Origin: Oligoflexales bacterium
GTDB lineage: Bacteria > Bdellovibrionota_B > Oligoflexia > Oligoflexales > Bog-1112
Length of the DNA: 64,000 nucleotides
Assembly (NCBI GenBank): GCA_045106415.1
Contig: JBGCEP010000027.1
Location: forward strand, 1 to 64,000
Direction: 5' to 3'
Shown: in pieces, positions 9,932-19,785 of the stretch
How the letters are laid out: each line of letters opens with the position of its first letter
Position numbering within the stretch: the stretch's first letter is position 1
The notes under the pieces: model-generated
Databases searched by the model: none
Told to the model about the DNA's origin: nothing
What the model saw: the letters and a program-made list of their open reading frames with translations, nothing else
Translations under genes and position numbers: made by a program

Positions 9932-10708
9932 TCATCGAATGTCCTGCTTTGTACTCATTGGCTCTGCTAGCGTAGATTTTTCATATTGGTCGTAAATTTT
10001 TCGCACTAATTCTTCAGTAAATTCCTGACTGCTTTCTAGCAGTTGTTCAGGAATCTGAGAACGACCTAACCGAGAAGCAACAACTCCATAGCTTCTTAGC
10101 AGCTCATATCCTATTTTTGATATTTTTTGCAACAAAGCTTCAGTATAATCATCTGCCGAAATAGCTTTTTCTTCAGAAATTCTCGACTCTTTTGATGTTA
10201 ATAAACTTGCTTCTTCGAGGTCTAATGTCACAACATCAGCCCCCATGTTTGCTTCTCGTCCTATCGCTTCATATAGACCTGCAAGCCGAACTCCACTCGC
10301 TTTCATGGATTCATCTAATTTTTCTTCACTGCCTAAAGCTATAGGCTGGAGTAAATTATAATCATAATGATCTATTTCTCTACGAATGGTTGCAATACTT
10401 GCTTGGTACGCCTGTCTATCAACTCGACTAAAACCTGTTCCTTGGCCTTTAACACTTAGGTTATACAGTTCTTTAAGTTGACTTCTAATTCCATTCAATC
10501 CCTGAATAGCTTTATCAACTCGTACGAGTGAATCTCTTGAGGTCTGATGTTGAACCCTCTCCTTTGCCTCTTGCGTATCAACTCTATATGCCAAGACATT
10601 ACGTAAAGGATCAACTCCATCTTCCACCGGCATCGCTCGGCTTGAAATATTCTCATGCCGAGTGAAAGCCTCAAAATAATCTGTTGCCTGCTGAATAGAA
10701 AATTTCAA
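9932..10708 (-). CDS. Highly divergent flagellin/FlgL-like protein
   Basis: VDKAIQGLNGIRSQLKELYNLSVKGQGTGFSRVDRQAYQASIATIRREID resembles the flagellin ND1 helices. TTG start with GGGGAG RBS; sigma-28-like promoter upstream. Confidence 0.55.
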   Translation of the reverse strand: MKFSIQQATDYFEAFTRHENISSRAMPVEDGVDPLRNVLAYRVDTQEAKERVQHQTSRDSLVRVDKAIQGLNGIRSQLKELYNLSVKGQGTGFSRVDRQAYQASIATIRREIDHYDYNLLQPIALGSEEKLDESMKASGVRLAGLYEAIGREANMGADVVTLDLEEASLLTSKESRISEEKAISADDYTEALLQKISKIGYELLRSYGVVASRLGRSQIPEQLLESSQEFTEELVRKIYDQYEKSTLAEPMSTKQDIR

Positions 10709-10739
10709 AATTTCAACTCCCCGTGCATAAGCTCAGGCT

Positions 10740-10766
10740 TTATCGTCATTTCAACAAAAAACTTCA
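10740..10766 (-). promoter_or_regulatory. sigma-28 (FliA)-like promoter
   Basis: TGAAG-N14-GACGATAA, 31 nt upstream of the flagellin-like start. Confidence 0.55.
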
Positions 10767-10831
10767 TACCCATATCGAAAACTTCTGTAAACCTGCTATG
10801 ATAGATCAAATTTATTTTCAATGAGGCGGAT

Positions 10832-12823
10832 ATGTCATTCTCTAAACTCTCGGAACCTTTAGAACTTAAGCACACGCAACTTCGTAATAGAGTGATTATG
10901 GGTTCTATGCATACAGGCTTAGAGGATGACCCAAAGCACATCGATCGCCTTGTCGAATTTTATCGACAAAGAGCAGCTGGAGGAGTTGGACTTATTGTGA
11001 CAGGGGGATACGCACCAAATCGAGCAGGTTGGCTCATTCCTTTTGGTTCGATGCTAACCTCAACACGCGACATTCAAAATCATAGAAAAATTACAGATGC
11101 TGTTCATAAAGAGGGCGGAAAGATTTTATTACAAATCTTACATGCTGGCCGATACGCTTTTCACCCTTTTGCTCTAGCTCCCTCTCGCATCAAGTCTCCA
11201 ATCTCCAAATTTACACCCTGGTCTATGCCTCGTTTTCTTATCAAAAAAACAATTAAAGATTTCACCCGCTGCGCTGATCTTGCAAAACAAGCTGGATACG
11301 ATGGTGTCGAAATCATGGGGTCAGAAGGCTACCTCATCAATCAATTCATTGCTGAGCGAACAAATCGTCGCACCGACGAATGGGGCGGTTCTTTTGAAAA
11401 AAGATGTCGCTTTCCAATAGAAATTGTGAAAAAAACTCGTGAAAAAGTTGGCTCAGATTTCATAATCATGTATCGCTTATCAATGCTTGATCTCGTCGAC
11501 GGAGGGAACTCCTGGGACGAAACGACCTACCTCGCAAAACAAATCGAAAAAGCAGGAGCTGATCTTTTAAATACTGGTATTGGCTGGCATGAAGCTCGTA
11601 TTCCCACAATTGCAACAACTGTTCCAAGAGGTATGTTTAGTTTTGTCACAGAAAAAATGCGTGACAATGTTCAAATTCCAATTGTAGCAACCAATAGGAT
11701 CAATAGCCCTGCTGAAGCAGAAAATATATTGCAAAAAGGCAGCGCTGACCTCATATCTATGGCCCGCCCCATGTTAGCAGATCCGAACTTTACGCATAAA
11801 GCTTTTCATAATCAGGATCACGAAATCAATACCTGTATCGGATGTAATCAAGCTTGTTTGGATCGTACGTTTAAAGGTCAAACAGCATCTTGCCTTGTGA
11901 ATCCTGCGGCTTGCCATGAAAGTGAGTACCTTATCCAAAAAACACTCAAACCTCAAAACATAGCCGTCGTTGGTGCAGGGCCAGCCGGCCTTTCCGCAGC
12001 TGTCACTGCTGCGCAAAGAGGTCATCAAGTCACTATTTATGAAGAAAGATCACAAATTGGAGGGCAGTTCACTATTGCTTCTCGCATTCCAGGAAAACAA
12101 GAGTTTACTGAAACCATGCGTTATTTCCAAGCTCAGATCGACAAGCACAACATACAGGTTTATCTTTCACGTACAGCACAGGCCGAAGAGTTAAACTCTT
12201 TCGATCACATTATCTTGGCAACAGGAATTAAGCCCTTTATCCCAGAAATACCAGGCCATGATCATGAAAAAACATTAAATTATATTGATGTACTTGAAAA
12301 AAACACACCCGTTGGGAACACCGTTGCTATTATTGGAGGAGGTGGAATTGCTTTTGACACGGCGACATACCTCACCTCCAATGGGCCTGAAACAATTGAG
12401 TCATTTGCCAAAGAGTGGGGGATTGATTTAACTCTGCGTGAAAGAGGGGGTCTTTGCAAAGCACAACCACACGTAAATCGTTCTATAACGATGCTGCAAA
12501 GACGCGAAGGAAAAATGGGAGCTCGGCTAGGCAAAACCACAGGGTGGATTCACCGCACACTTTTAAAACATCGCGGCGTCCAAATGATTGCTGGGGTCAC
12601 TTATGACAAAATTGATGATCAAGGGCTGCATTATACACTTCATGGAAAATCACACTGCCTTCAAGTTGACCATGTTATTTTATGTACAGGTCAAAGACCT
12701 AGACTCGATCTTCAACAACGCTTAACGGCACCGCACACACTCATTGGTGGCGCTAAAAAAGCAAATGAACTCGATGCTGAAAGAGCCATACGTGAAGGGA
12801 CTCAATTAGCTATGTCTCTCTAA
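10832..12823 (+). CDS. fadH: NADPH-dependent 2,4-dienoyl-CoA reductase
   Basis: MGSMHTGLE, GYDGVEIMGSEGYLI, CIGCNQACLD, GKTTGWIHR. Confidence 0.97.
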   Translation: MSFSKLSEPLELKHTQLRNRVIMGSMHTGLEDDPKHIDRLVEFYRQRAAGGVGLIVTGGYAPNRAGWLIPFGSMLTSTRDIQNHRKITDAVHKEGGKILLQILHAGRYAFHPFALAPSRIKSPISKFTPWSMPRFLIKKTIKDFTRCADLAKQAGYDGVEIMGSEGYLINQFIAERTNRRTDEWGGSFEKRCRFPIEIVKKTREKVGSDFIIMYRLSMLDLVDGGNSWDETTYLAKQIEKAGADLLNTGIGWHEARIPTIATTVPRGMFSFVTEKMRDNVQIPIVATNRINSPAEAENILQKGSADLISMARPMLADPNFTHKAFHNQDHEINTCIGCNQACLDRTFKGQTASCLVNPAACHESEYLIQKTLKPQNIAVVGAGPAGLSAAVTAAQRGHQVTIYEERSQIGGQFTIASRIPGKQEFTETMRYFQAQIDKHNIQVYLSRTAQAEELNSFDHIILATGIKPFIPEIPGHDHEKTLNYIDVLEKNTPVGNTVAIIGGGGIAFDTATYLTSNGPETIESFAKEWGIDLTLRERGGLCKAQPHVNRSITMLQRREGKMGARLGKTTGWIHRTLLKHRGVQMIAGVTYDKIDDQGLHYTLHGKSHCLQVDHVILCTGQRPRLDLQQRLTAPHTLIGGAKKANELDAERAIREGTQLAMSL

Positions 12824-12900
12824 ACTAGGCAAACACAACACCTCTAAAGGCCTAGCGTCTCATGTTACTGTTACCTCAAACCTCTACTCATGAGATCGCT

Positions 12901-13329
12901 ATGCTCAGAACCCTTGTTCTTTTTATTTTTGTATGGCCAATCAGTGTATTTTCACAACAGCTTTATCTCAACGGCACTGACATCACAGGTTCAACCAATC
13001 AAGATTTAAAACAAGTTGATGTTCATATAGATGATAAGGGCCATATTTTTATTGCAGCTCCTCACTATACCGTCGTAGAACAAGCCTCTTATTTACCCCT
13101 AGGTGAATACAAAGGGAAACATCCCCAGCACACTCCACCTAGCCCTGCTCCGATGGGCTCTAAAAACACTTCCTCGCCATCAATATCTAATCATGATACA
13201 CAGCCTGATGACATGCCTGAGCTCGAGGAAGAAGAAACTGAGGCAGCAAATATTCATCAACAACAACGATTTGACTCAAACGAGGAACCTCGTGACCAAC
13301 AACCTCCACAAGCTTCAAAGCAATCTTAG
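12901..13329 (+). CDS. Hypothetical secreted protein with disordered C-terminus
   Basis: Signal peptide from MLRTLV; LYLNGTDI...VDVHIDDKGHIFIAAP domain. Confidence 0.6.
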   Translation: MLRTLVLFIFVWPISVFSQQLYLNGTDITGSTNQDLKQVDVHIDDKGHIFIAAPHYTVVEQASYLPLGEYKGKHPQHTPPSPAPMGSKNTSSPSISNHDTQPDDMPELEEEETEAANIHQQQRFDSNEEPRDQQPPQASKQS

Positions 13330-13960
13330 TCATATCCATTCCCGCATACAAGCATCATGCTTTAAAGCCAATAGAGCTATAGAAGATATTCGTTGGGTTG
13401 CTATTTCAAAGTACCATTCTCTAGAAATGATTCAATTAGCACTCACTCTCGGTCTTCATGAATTCGGTGAAAACTACACTCATGAGCTTGAAGAAAAAGC
13501 ACCTCATCACCCTGAATTATCATGGGTTTTCACAGGGCAATTGCAATCTAATAAAATATTAAAAATCATGAAGCACGCAAAAGAAATTCAAACAGTCACA
13601 TCTTTCAAACACGCTAAGAAAATTTCTGAGACAGCAAACATCCTTAACCGCAAAGATTACCCCATATTCATCCAAGTCAACGTTGAGAACGAAACAACAA
13701 AATCTGGCCTCTCTTGGAATCAAGCTTATGAACTTGCAAGACAACTTGAAAGTTTATCCCATCTTAAGCTACAAGGTGTTATGGCTATTCCACCACGAAA
13801 GTGGGATCATGTCTCATTGTATAAAGAAACAAAAGAACGCAGCCTCGGTGTTGGCAACGGTCTTCTTTCTATTGGGATGTCTCAGGATCTTGAACTCGCT
13901 ATCGAGGGGGGAAGCGACTGTTTACGGCTAGGAACAAGCCTGTTTGGACCTCGTCCTTAA
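13292..13960 (+). CDS. yggS: YggS family PLP homeostasis protein
   Basis: VAISK, FGENY, GQLQSNK, IQVN, SIGMSQD, RLGTSLFG. GTG start at 13292 after GAGG. Confidence 0.95.
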   Translation: MTNNLHKLQSNLSHIHSRIQASCFKANRAIEDIRWVAISKYHSLEMIQLALTLGLHEFGENYTHELEEKAPHHPELSWVFTGQLQSNKILKIMKHAKEIQTVTSFKHAKKISETANILNRKDYPIFIQVNVENETTKSGLSWNQAYELARQLESLSHLKLQGVMAIPPRKWDHVSLYKETKERSLGVGNGLLSIGMSQDLELAIEGGSDCLRLGTSLFGPRP

Positions 13961-13983
13961 TAACTTTAAAAAGGAACTCTATC

Positions 13984-14262
13984 ATGTACTCAGCACTTAT
14001 AAGCACTCTACACTTTGCAACAAGTATGATTCTAAACCTTCTCCAAATTATGGTATTCGCCGCTGTCCTTGTGAGTTGGATTGGCGGCAATCACTATCAC
14101 CCTGCAGTACAAAAACTACGCGCTTTCACAGATCCTTTATTTGCTCCTTTTCAAAAACTCGGCCTTCAATTTGGCGGTATGGATCTAGCCCCACTTTTTG
14201 TACTTATGATCATTCATTTTTTACAGCGTTTTATTCCTACGCTTTTAGCTTCTTTACTCTAA
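13984..14262 (+). CDS. yggT: YggT family membrane protein
   Basis: SWI...TDPLFAPF...GGMDLAPL; follows yggS. Confidence 0.92.
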   Translation: MYSALISTLHFATSMILNLLQIMVFAAVLVSWIGGNHYHPAVQKLRAFTDPLFAPFQKLGLQFGGMDLAPLFVLMIIHFLQRFIPTLLASLL

Positions 14263-14354
14263 AGCAACAACAAAAGGCTATTCTCTGATAAAATGATGAC
14301 ATCAGGCTTTACAGGTTCTTCTTGAACAACAAGTAAAGCACTAGAAATAGTTAA

Positions 14355-15023
14355 GTGGAAAAAGGAAGTTCTCGAAGGAACATTTCTATGAAGCTCAAAG
14401 TCATCATATGTGTATGGTTTTTTTCTCTGAGTTGTCTCGTTTATCTTTCTTCGAAACACTCCATGCACCACTCTTCTTCTACTCAGAGCCCTTTTGGGCT
14501 TCATATTCCACAAAAGATTCGTAGTATCTTCACATTAGGGCATCATCGCCTCTATCAAGACTATCTCTTTATATGGTCAATTCAAGAGATCATGTCACCG
14601 GCGAAACAAGAAGTAACTCATCAAAAAAAAATTATAAAAACGTTTCAAGATATAGCAAAAGAACATATCCGTATCGAACCTTATTATATGATGACATGCT
14701 TTTATATCAATGAAGTTTACAGCCGCCCTGAAGATTGCGCAGCCATTACGCATGAAGGTTTAAAAATATTTCCAGGAAGCTGGCGTATCTCAATGACTCA
14801 AGCCTACATTGAAGCTTACTTACTTCATAATCACCTTACAGGAGCAGCTATGTACCGAATCGCTGCTCAGCACCAGTTAGCTCCAGAATGGGTAGGTCGC
14901 CTTGCTGATAAGCTCGAAAACAAATCACAAAATACACCTGAAGATTATGAATCCATAAGGCGCCTTATGAAATCACTCCCTGGTTTTTTAGACTCAAAAT
15001 TTCTACCTAACGCAACACACTAA
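14355..15023 (+). CDS. PilG-like (Myxococcus type) membrane-anchored helical protein
   Basis: TM followed by TLGHHRLYQDYLFIWSIQ and GL-x-x-FP-x-SWR; directly precedes an ABC ATPase and permease. Confidence 0.5.
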   Translation: MEKGSSRRNISMKLKVIICVWFFSLSCLVYLSSKHSMHHSSSTQSPFGLHIPQKIRSIFTLGHHRLYQDYLFIWSIQEIMSPAKQEVTHQKKIIKTFQDIAKEHIRIEPYYMMTCFYINEVYSRPEDCAAITHEGLKIFPGSWRISMTQAYIEAYLLHNHLTGAAMYRIAAQHQLAPEWVGRLADKLENKSQNTPEDYESIRRLMKSLPGFLDSKFLPNATH

Positions 15024-15035
15024 AGAGAAAAAATT

Positions 15036-15935
15036 ATGCTGACAATCAAAAATCTCACAAAACACTATTTTGATGATTTAAAAAGAACGCAAAAAACTGC
15101 AATTAAAGATTTAAGCATTGAATTCCATACATCAAAAACAACAGCTATTCTTGGGCATAACGGAGCAGGCAAAACAACTCTCATTCGAATGATTCTAGGC
15201 CTTGCTTTCCCTACTCACGGGTCTATTCTACTGGATGGTCGCCCAATCGGATTAAAAGATCGTCAAAGACTAGGCTATCTACCTGAAGCAGATCATTTAA
15301 ACTTACAACTTACTCCCCGAGAAATTCTTACACACCATCTCCAATTATTTCGCCCACTGCACCCACGTATTAAGGACACCGTACAATCGACTCTTATAAA
15401 AACAGATCTTATTCATCACGCTGACCGCAAAGCAAATTTATTATCAAAAGGGCAAAGAAGGCGAGTTGCGTGGTCACAATCCATGATTCATGATCCGGAC
15501 ATTCTCATTTTAGATGAGCCGTTTTCTGGATTAGACCCACACGGACGTTCTGATATGTCTCGGTGGATTCATGAAGCTAAAACACACAATAAAACAATTA
15601 TCCTATGTACCCATGACACCAAACTCGCACATGTTCTCTGTGATCACTGTCTCATTATGCAGTCTGGCTTTTGTATTTGGGATTCATCTAGATATACTCA
15701 AAAACACTATGTTTTAGAACTTCAAGATTTACCAAAAGGGTCCTTGCCCTCTCCTTTACACCGCACCCAAAATGGATCACATCACACCTATGTATGGGAT
15801 TGTTCTTCTGATGCATATACTTGGCTCAACGCCTGTCAGCTGCAAAATATAGATATCCAATCTTTTACAGTAGACAAACTCCCACTAGACTATGGTGAAA
15901 AATCTTATTTCAAACCTAAAGAAAGCTTATTATGA
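15036..15935 (+). CDS. ABC transporter ATP-binding protein (PilH-like)
   Basis: GHNGAGKT, LSKGQ, ILDEPFSGLD. Confidence 0.92.
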   Translation: MLTIKNLTKHYFDDLKRTQKTAIKDLSIEFHTSKTTAILGHNGAGKTTLIRMILGLAFPTHGSILLDGRPIGLKDRQRLGYLPEADHLNLQLTPREILTHHLQLFRPLHPRIKDTVQSTLIKTDLIHHADRKANLLSKGQRRRVAWSQSMIHDPDILILDEPFSGLDPHGRSDMSRWIHEAKTHNKTIILCTHDTKLAHVLCDHCLIMQSGFCIWDSSRYTQKHYVLELQDLPKGSLPSPLHRTQNGSHHTYVWDCSSDAYTWLNACQLQNIDIQSFTVDKLPLDYGEKSYFKPKESLL

Positions 15936-16714
15936 TCTACTACCAACAGTTCTTAGCTATTTTTTTGAACAGCATTCAAACATTAAAACGAGATCGGATT
16001 TTCATACCTGCTCTTTTTAGTGCTATAGGCATTATTTGTATTGCCATCATTGCAAGTGATTGGGGTTTCGAAAATATTCAGCAAATTTTATTCGATATTG
16101 GAAATTTTGGTTTTCATTTAACAGGTTCCTTTGTTGCTATATTCTGGGGGACACAATTAATATCTAAAGCAACTCAAGATGGTTCAAGCCAAATGCAACT
16201 CATTGCACCTATACCTCGTGGTTTATGGATCATTGGAACTTACTGTGGCTTGATCTGCATTCTTTTTCTATTTGCCATTCTTCTCATCTCTTTTTGGCAA
16301 ACAACAATATGGGTTTACGCTGGTTGGTTCCTTAGTTTCAAACAAATCCTTGCGCTCAGCCTTCATCTGATCAGCTGGTGTGTCCTCGGAGCACTTGCTG
16401 TTTGTTTAGCCTCAATAACATCACATAGCACAGCTCTATTTAGCACCATTTGCCTTTGGCTTATTGGGCTTATTTCTCCAATATTGGCAAGCAGCATCCC
16501 CCCCAACACACCAGCAGTTAGCCGAGCCACATTACAAATTCTATCCCATGCATGGAACTTTCAGATCTTTCAACTGGATCCTCTCACTGATCAAATCAAT
16601 TTACAGCATACCTTTTGGAAAATCATCTATGCGGCGACTCTCATAACTGGATTGATCAGTTTATCAATATGCTGCTTTCAACGCAGAGACCTTGGCCGAA
16701 ATACTCACTTGTAA
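15932..16714 (+). CDS. ABC-2 type permease (PilI-like)
   Basis: About 6 TM segments, PIPR motif, C-terminal F-x-RRDL. Confidence 0.8.
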   Translation: MIYYQQFLAIFLNSIQTLKRDRIFIPALFSAIGIICIAIIASDWGFENIQQILFDIGNFGFHLTGSFVAIFWGTQLISKATQDGSSQMQLIAPIPRGLWIIGTYCGLICILFLFAILLISFWQTTIWVYAGWFLSFKQILALSLHLISWCVLGALAVCLASITSHSTALFSTICLWLIGLISPILASSIPPNTPAVSRATLQILSHAWNFQIFQLDPLTDQINLQHTFWKIIYAATLITGLISLSICCFQRRDLGRNTHL

Positions 16715-16730
16715 ACTTTCTAATAAAAAA

Positions 16731-16765
16731 CCGTAATTTTTTGTTAAAACTACAAAAAATTACGG
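16731..16765. terminator. Bidirectional terminator-like hairpin
   Basis: Perfect 14-bp inverted repeat ccgtaattttttgt/acaaaaaattacgg between convergent genes. Confidence 0.7.
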
Positions 16766-16800
16766 AATAAAAAGCGAAACCAGTTATCGTTTAATAAAGG

Positions 16801-17850
16801 TTAATCAGCTAAACAAATTGTTTTCACTAATTTTTCAGCCACACGGTAAGGGTCTGCATTTGCACCTGGACGACGATCTTCAATATAACCGTATCCTTTT
16901 GATGCCGTCGTTACAGGAATCCGTATAGAAGCTCCTCGATCCGAGGCTCCGGCTCTAAAGTCTTTAATAGAGCAAGTTTCATGCTCTCCTGTGAGGCGTT
17001 CAGCAAGACCATCTCCGTATGCTTCAATATGATCTGTATGTTTTTGGCTTAAATGCTGAATAGCCATTTCAATAGTGTGTTGCCCTTTTGCTGGGTCTCT
17101 CATATTTTTTGTTGAAAAGTTTGTATGCATACCGGCACCATTCCAATCTCCTTTAACCGGCTTATTATCAAAGGAAATTTCAACACCATACTGCTCACCG
17201 AGGTAGCACATTAAATAACGCGCGATCCACACATGATCTGAAACCGTAAGAGGATCAACTTTTTCACCTGGCAGACCACGGTAACCTATCTGAAACTCCC
17301 ATTGGCCTGGCATGACTTCAGCATTAATTCCGTAAAAACAAAGACCTGCTTCATTACACAGCTTCATATGTTCTTCGACTAATGAACGCCCAAAAACATT
17401 TTTTGCTCCAACACCACAATAAAAAGGACCTTGAGGTGCAGGGTATCCTTCTTTTGGCCAACCTAAAGGTCTATGATCTTTAAAAAGAGTATACTCTTGT
17501 TCAAATCCAATATAAGGGTCGTGATCTACCCCACCTTCTTCCATCGCTTTTCTTAATGAAGCCCGAGTATTTGAGCTATGATCGCTCCCATCTGGGTTTG
17601 CGACTTCACACATCACCAAATAATGGTCGTTCCCACGGACAGGATCACGAACAAGAGTGACTGGCTTTAAAAGGCAATCAGAGTCATCACCTTCAGCTTG
17701 TTGAGTTGAAGAACCATCAAAACTCCACTCAGGCAAATCTGCAACATTCATAGATTCTTTATAAGGAAGAATGCGGCACTTAGAGCGGAGAGCTTGAGTT
17801 GGCTGCACCCCATCTAACCAGATATATTCTACAGCAGATATTTTATTCAT
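16801..17850 (-). CDS. glnII: Glutamine synthetase type II
   Basis: 349 aa; EYIWLDG, WSFDGSST, PQGPFYCGVG, NAEVMPGQWEFQIG, GDWNGAGMHTNFST, RLTGEHET, EDRRP. Confidence 0.95.
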   Translation of the reverse strand: MNKISAVEYIWLDGVQPTQALRSKCRILPYKESMNVADLPEWSFDGSSTQQAEGDDSDCLLKPVTLVRDPVRGNDHYLVMCEVANPDGSDHSSNTRASLRKAMEEGGVDHDPYIGFEQEYTLFKDHRPLGWPKEGYPAPQGPFYCGVGAKNVFGRSLVEEHMKLCNEAGLCFYGINAEVMPGQWEFQIGYRGLPGEKVDPLTVSDHVWIARYLMCYLGEQYGVEISFDNKPVKGDWNGAGMHTNFSTKNMRDPAKGQHTIEMAIQHLSQKHTDHIEAYGDGLAERLTGEHETCSIKDFRAGASDRGASIRIPVTTASKGYGYIEDRRPGANADPYRVAEKLVKTICLAD

Positions 17851-17959
17851 TCCTGATCCTCTTCTCTAGAAAGATGCCAACCTCAAAAAACTTGTGGTAA
17901 GGCAGCACATATAGCTCAACACAAAAACAAGCTTCTTTCATACTATAAAATATGAGGCT

Positions 17960-17980
17960 TTCAAGCAAAAAAAGCTTGAA
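17960..17980. promoter_or_regulatory. Palindrome, possible regulator site between glnII and tldD
   Basis: TTCAAGC-N7-GCTTGAA in a divergent intergenic region. Confidence 0.3.
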
Positions 17981-18149
17981 CCCTTATTTTTACTCAATCT
18001 TATATATTATATCTGATCATCTATTGCTGTCCATTATTTGAGTACAAACCATGTTCAGCTCACAATAACTAAGACAGCATTTGAATTCTATTGACAAGAC
18101 ACATAGCGAGTCGTAGGGTCTGTTGACTTTAGTTCGCAAGGAGCATCTG

Positions 18150-19781
18150 TTGCATAATCTTTCCGTGCCATCCTTACTATCTTCGATGCGTCAAGAGATC
18201 ACACGATCCATGGAATCTCTTCGCTCACCACGCCAGCCGCGGCCTTATTATATCAGCTACCTCATCACAGATGTAACCGAAGATACAATATGGGGGCGTT
18301 ATGGTGCTTTGTGTGAATCCAAAAAAAACCACAAACGTTCATGCTATACAGACGTCCGCGTAGGAAGCTTTCGCTACGACCATGTGACACATGGGGGCTT
18401 GCAAGACAACTCGGATGAGACTGAGTCTTATAATATGGTTTCGCTCCCTATAGAAGATAACGAAAGAGCTGTTCGCTTTTCATTATGGAGACTTACAGAT
18501 GCTCGATATAGAGAAGCTGTAGCAGCTTACCACGAGCGCAAGTCAAACGATGTCAATTATGAAGATGATAACAGCCACCTTGCATCTTTCGTTAAACAAA
18601 AACCTGTTCAAGAACAACATTTAAATTCAGAGCCCAGCTACAACCGCAAAGATGTTGAGGCGTATATCCGAGAAACCAGTCGAGTTTTTGAAGCGTGGCC
18701 AGCAATCAAATCTTCGTATATCGAATTCAACTCACACTATCAAACTCGAACGTTCACAAACAGTGAAGGTTCTGCAAAATCTTGGGATCACAGCCTATTC
18801 ACCGTCACTGCATTCATGTGGTTCCATATCAAAGGGGAAACCCATGAAGCCACCCTTGTCTTTAACTGCAAAGATTTCGATGACTTGCCTACTCAAGAAA
18901 ACTTAGAAATAAAAATCAAAGAGCGTTTTCAGCTTCTCACAGAAGTTAGCCAAGCAGAAAAAATGACTTCTTATGCAGGACCTGTTCTGTTGGAATCTCA
19001 GCCCGCAGGGCTTTTTCTCCACGAAGTCATTGGGCATCGGCTCGAAGGTTCTCGACTACTCTCGGATGATGAGGGAAAAACCTTCAAAGACAAACTTGGT
19101 AAGCGCATCATGCCAAAAGAGCTTTCAATTTATGATGACCCGACCCTAGAACAATACAACCACATCAAGTTAGTGGGATCTTACAAATTTGATGACGAAG
19201 GAACGAAAGCTCAACGAGTCAACCTTATAGAGCGCGGTGTTTTAAAAAACTTTTTATCGACTCGAGCACCACACATCGCAACAAAAAAACATCAAAGCAA
19301 TGGCCATGCTCGCAACGAGTCCTACGAACGGCCTATTTCCAGGATGTCCAACCTTGTGATTGAAAGCTCAAGTCAGTTCACCTCAAAAGAACTAAAGCAG
19401 CAGCTCATTGAAGAGATTAAGCGTAAAAACCTACCGTACGGCATCCGCTTAATTGAGGTTGAAGGTGGAGAAACTGGTACTGAGTCCTATGATTTTCAAG
19501 CATTCTTAGGAGAAATCACCATTGCAGCCAAAGTTTTTCCTGATGGCAGTGAAGAGTGGGTACGAGGAGTTGATTTTGTAGGGACCCCACTCTCAAGCCT
19601 TGCTAATATCATTGCTGTTTCTAAAGATATTTCTGTGGACAACGGCTTCTGTGGTGCTGAGTCAGGGTTTGTTCCTGTGAGCACTGTTTCCCCAGCTATG
19701 CTTGTCAGCAATCTGGAGCTCCAAGCAAAGCATGCAAAAAGGCCTGTACCCTATACATTGCCACTACCTTGGCTAGAGTAG
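18150..19781 (+). CDS. tldD: TldD/PmbA family metalloprotease
   Basis: LHEVIGHRLEG, FDDEG, SNGH-x-R, SRMSNL, GFCGAESG. Probable TTG start at 18150 after AAGGAG. Confidence 0.9.
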   Translation: MHNLSVPSLLSSMRQEITRSMESLRSPRQPRPYYISYLITDVTEDTIWGRYGALCESKKNHKRSCYTDVRVGSFRYDHVTHGGLQDNSDETESYNMVSLPIEDNERAVRFSLWRLTDARYREAVAAYHERKSNDVNYEDDNSHLASFVKQKPVQEQHLNSEPSYNRKDVEAYIRETSRVFEAWPAIKSSYIEFNSHYQTRTFTNSEGSAKSWDHSLFTVTAFMWFHIKGETHEATLVFNCKDFDDLPTQENLEIKIKERFQLLTEVSQAEKMTSYAGPVLLESQPAGLFLHEVIGHRLEGSRLLSDDEGKTFKDKLGKRIMPKELSIYDDPTLEQYNHIKLVGSYKFDDEGTKAQRVNLIERGVLKNFLSTRAPHIATKKHQSNGHARNESYERPISRMSNLVIESSSQFTSKELKQQLIEEIKRKNLPYGIRLIEVEGGETGTESYDFQAFLGEITIAAKVFPDGSEEWVRGVDFVGTPLSSLANIIAVSKDISVDNGFCGAESGFVPVSTVSPAMLVSNLELQAKHAKRPVPYTLPLPWLE

Positions 19782-19785
19782 CCAT

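Noticed and set aside
18150..19781. TldD + YejABE as a microcin/RiPP cluster
   Set aside because: They are 16 kb apart with no YcaO, precursor or TldE partner adjacent; both are common housekeeping genes.
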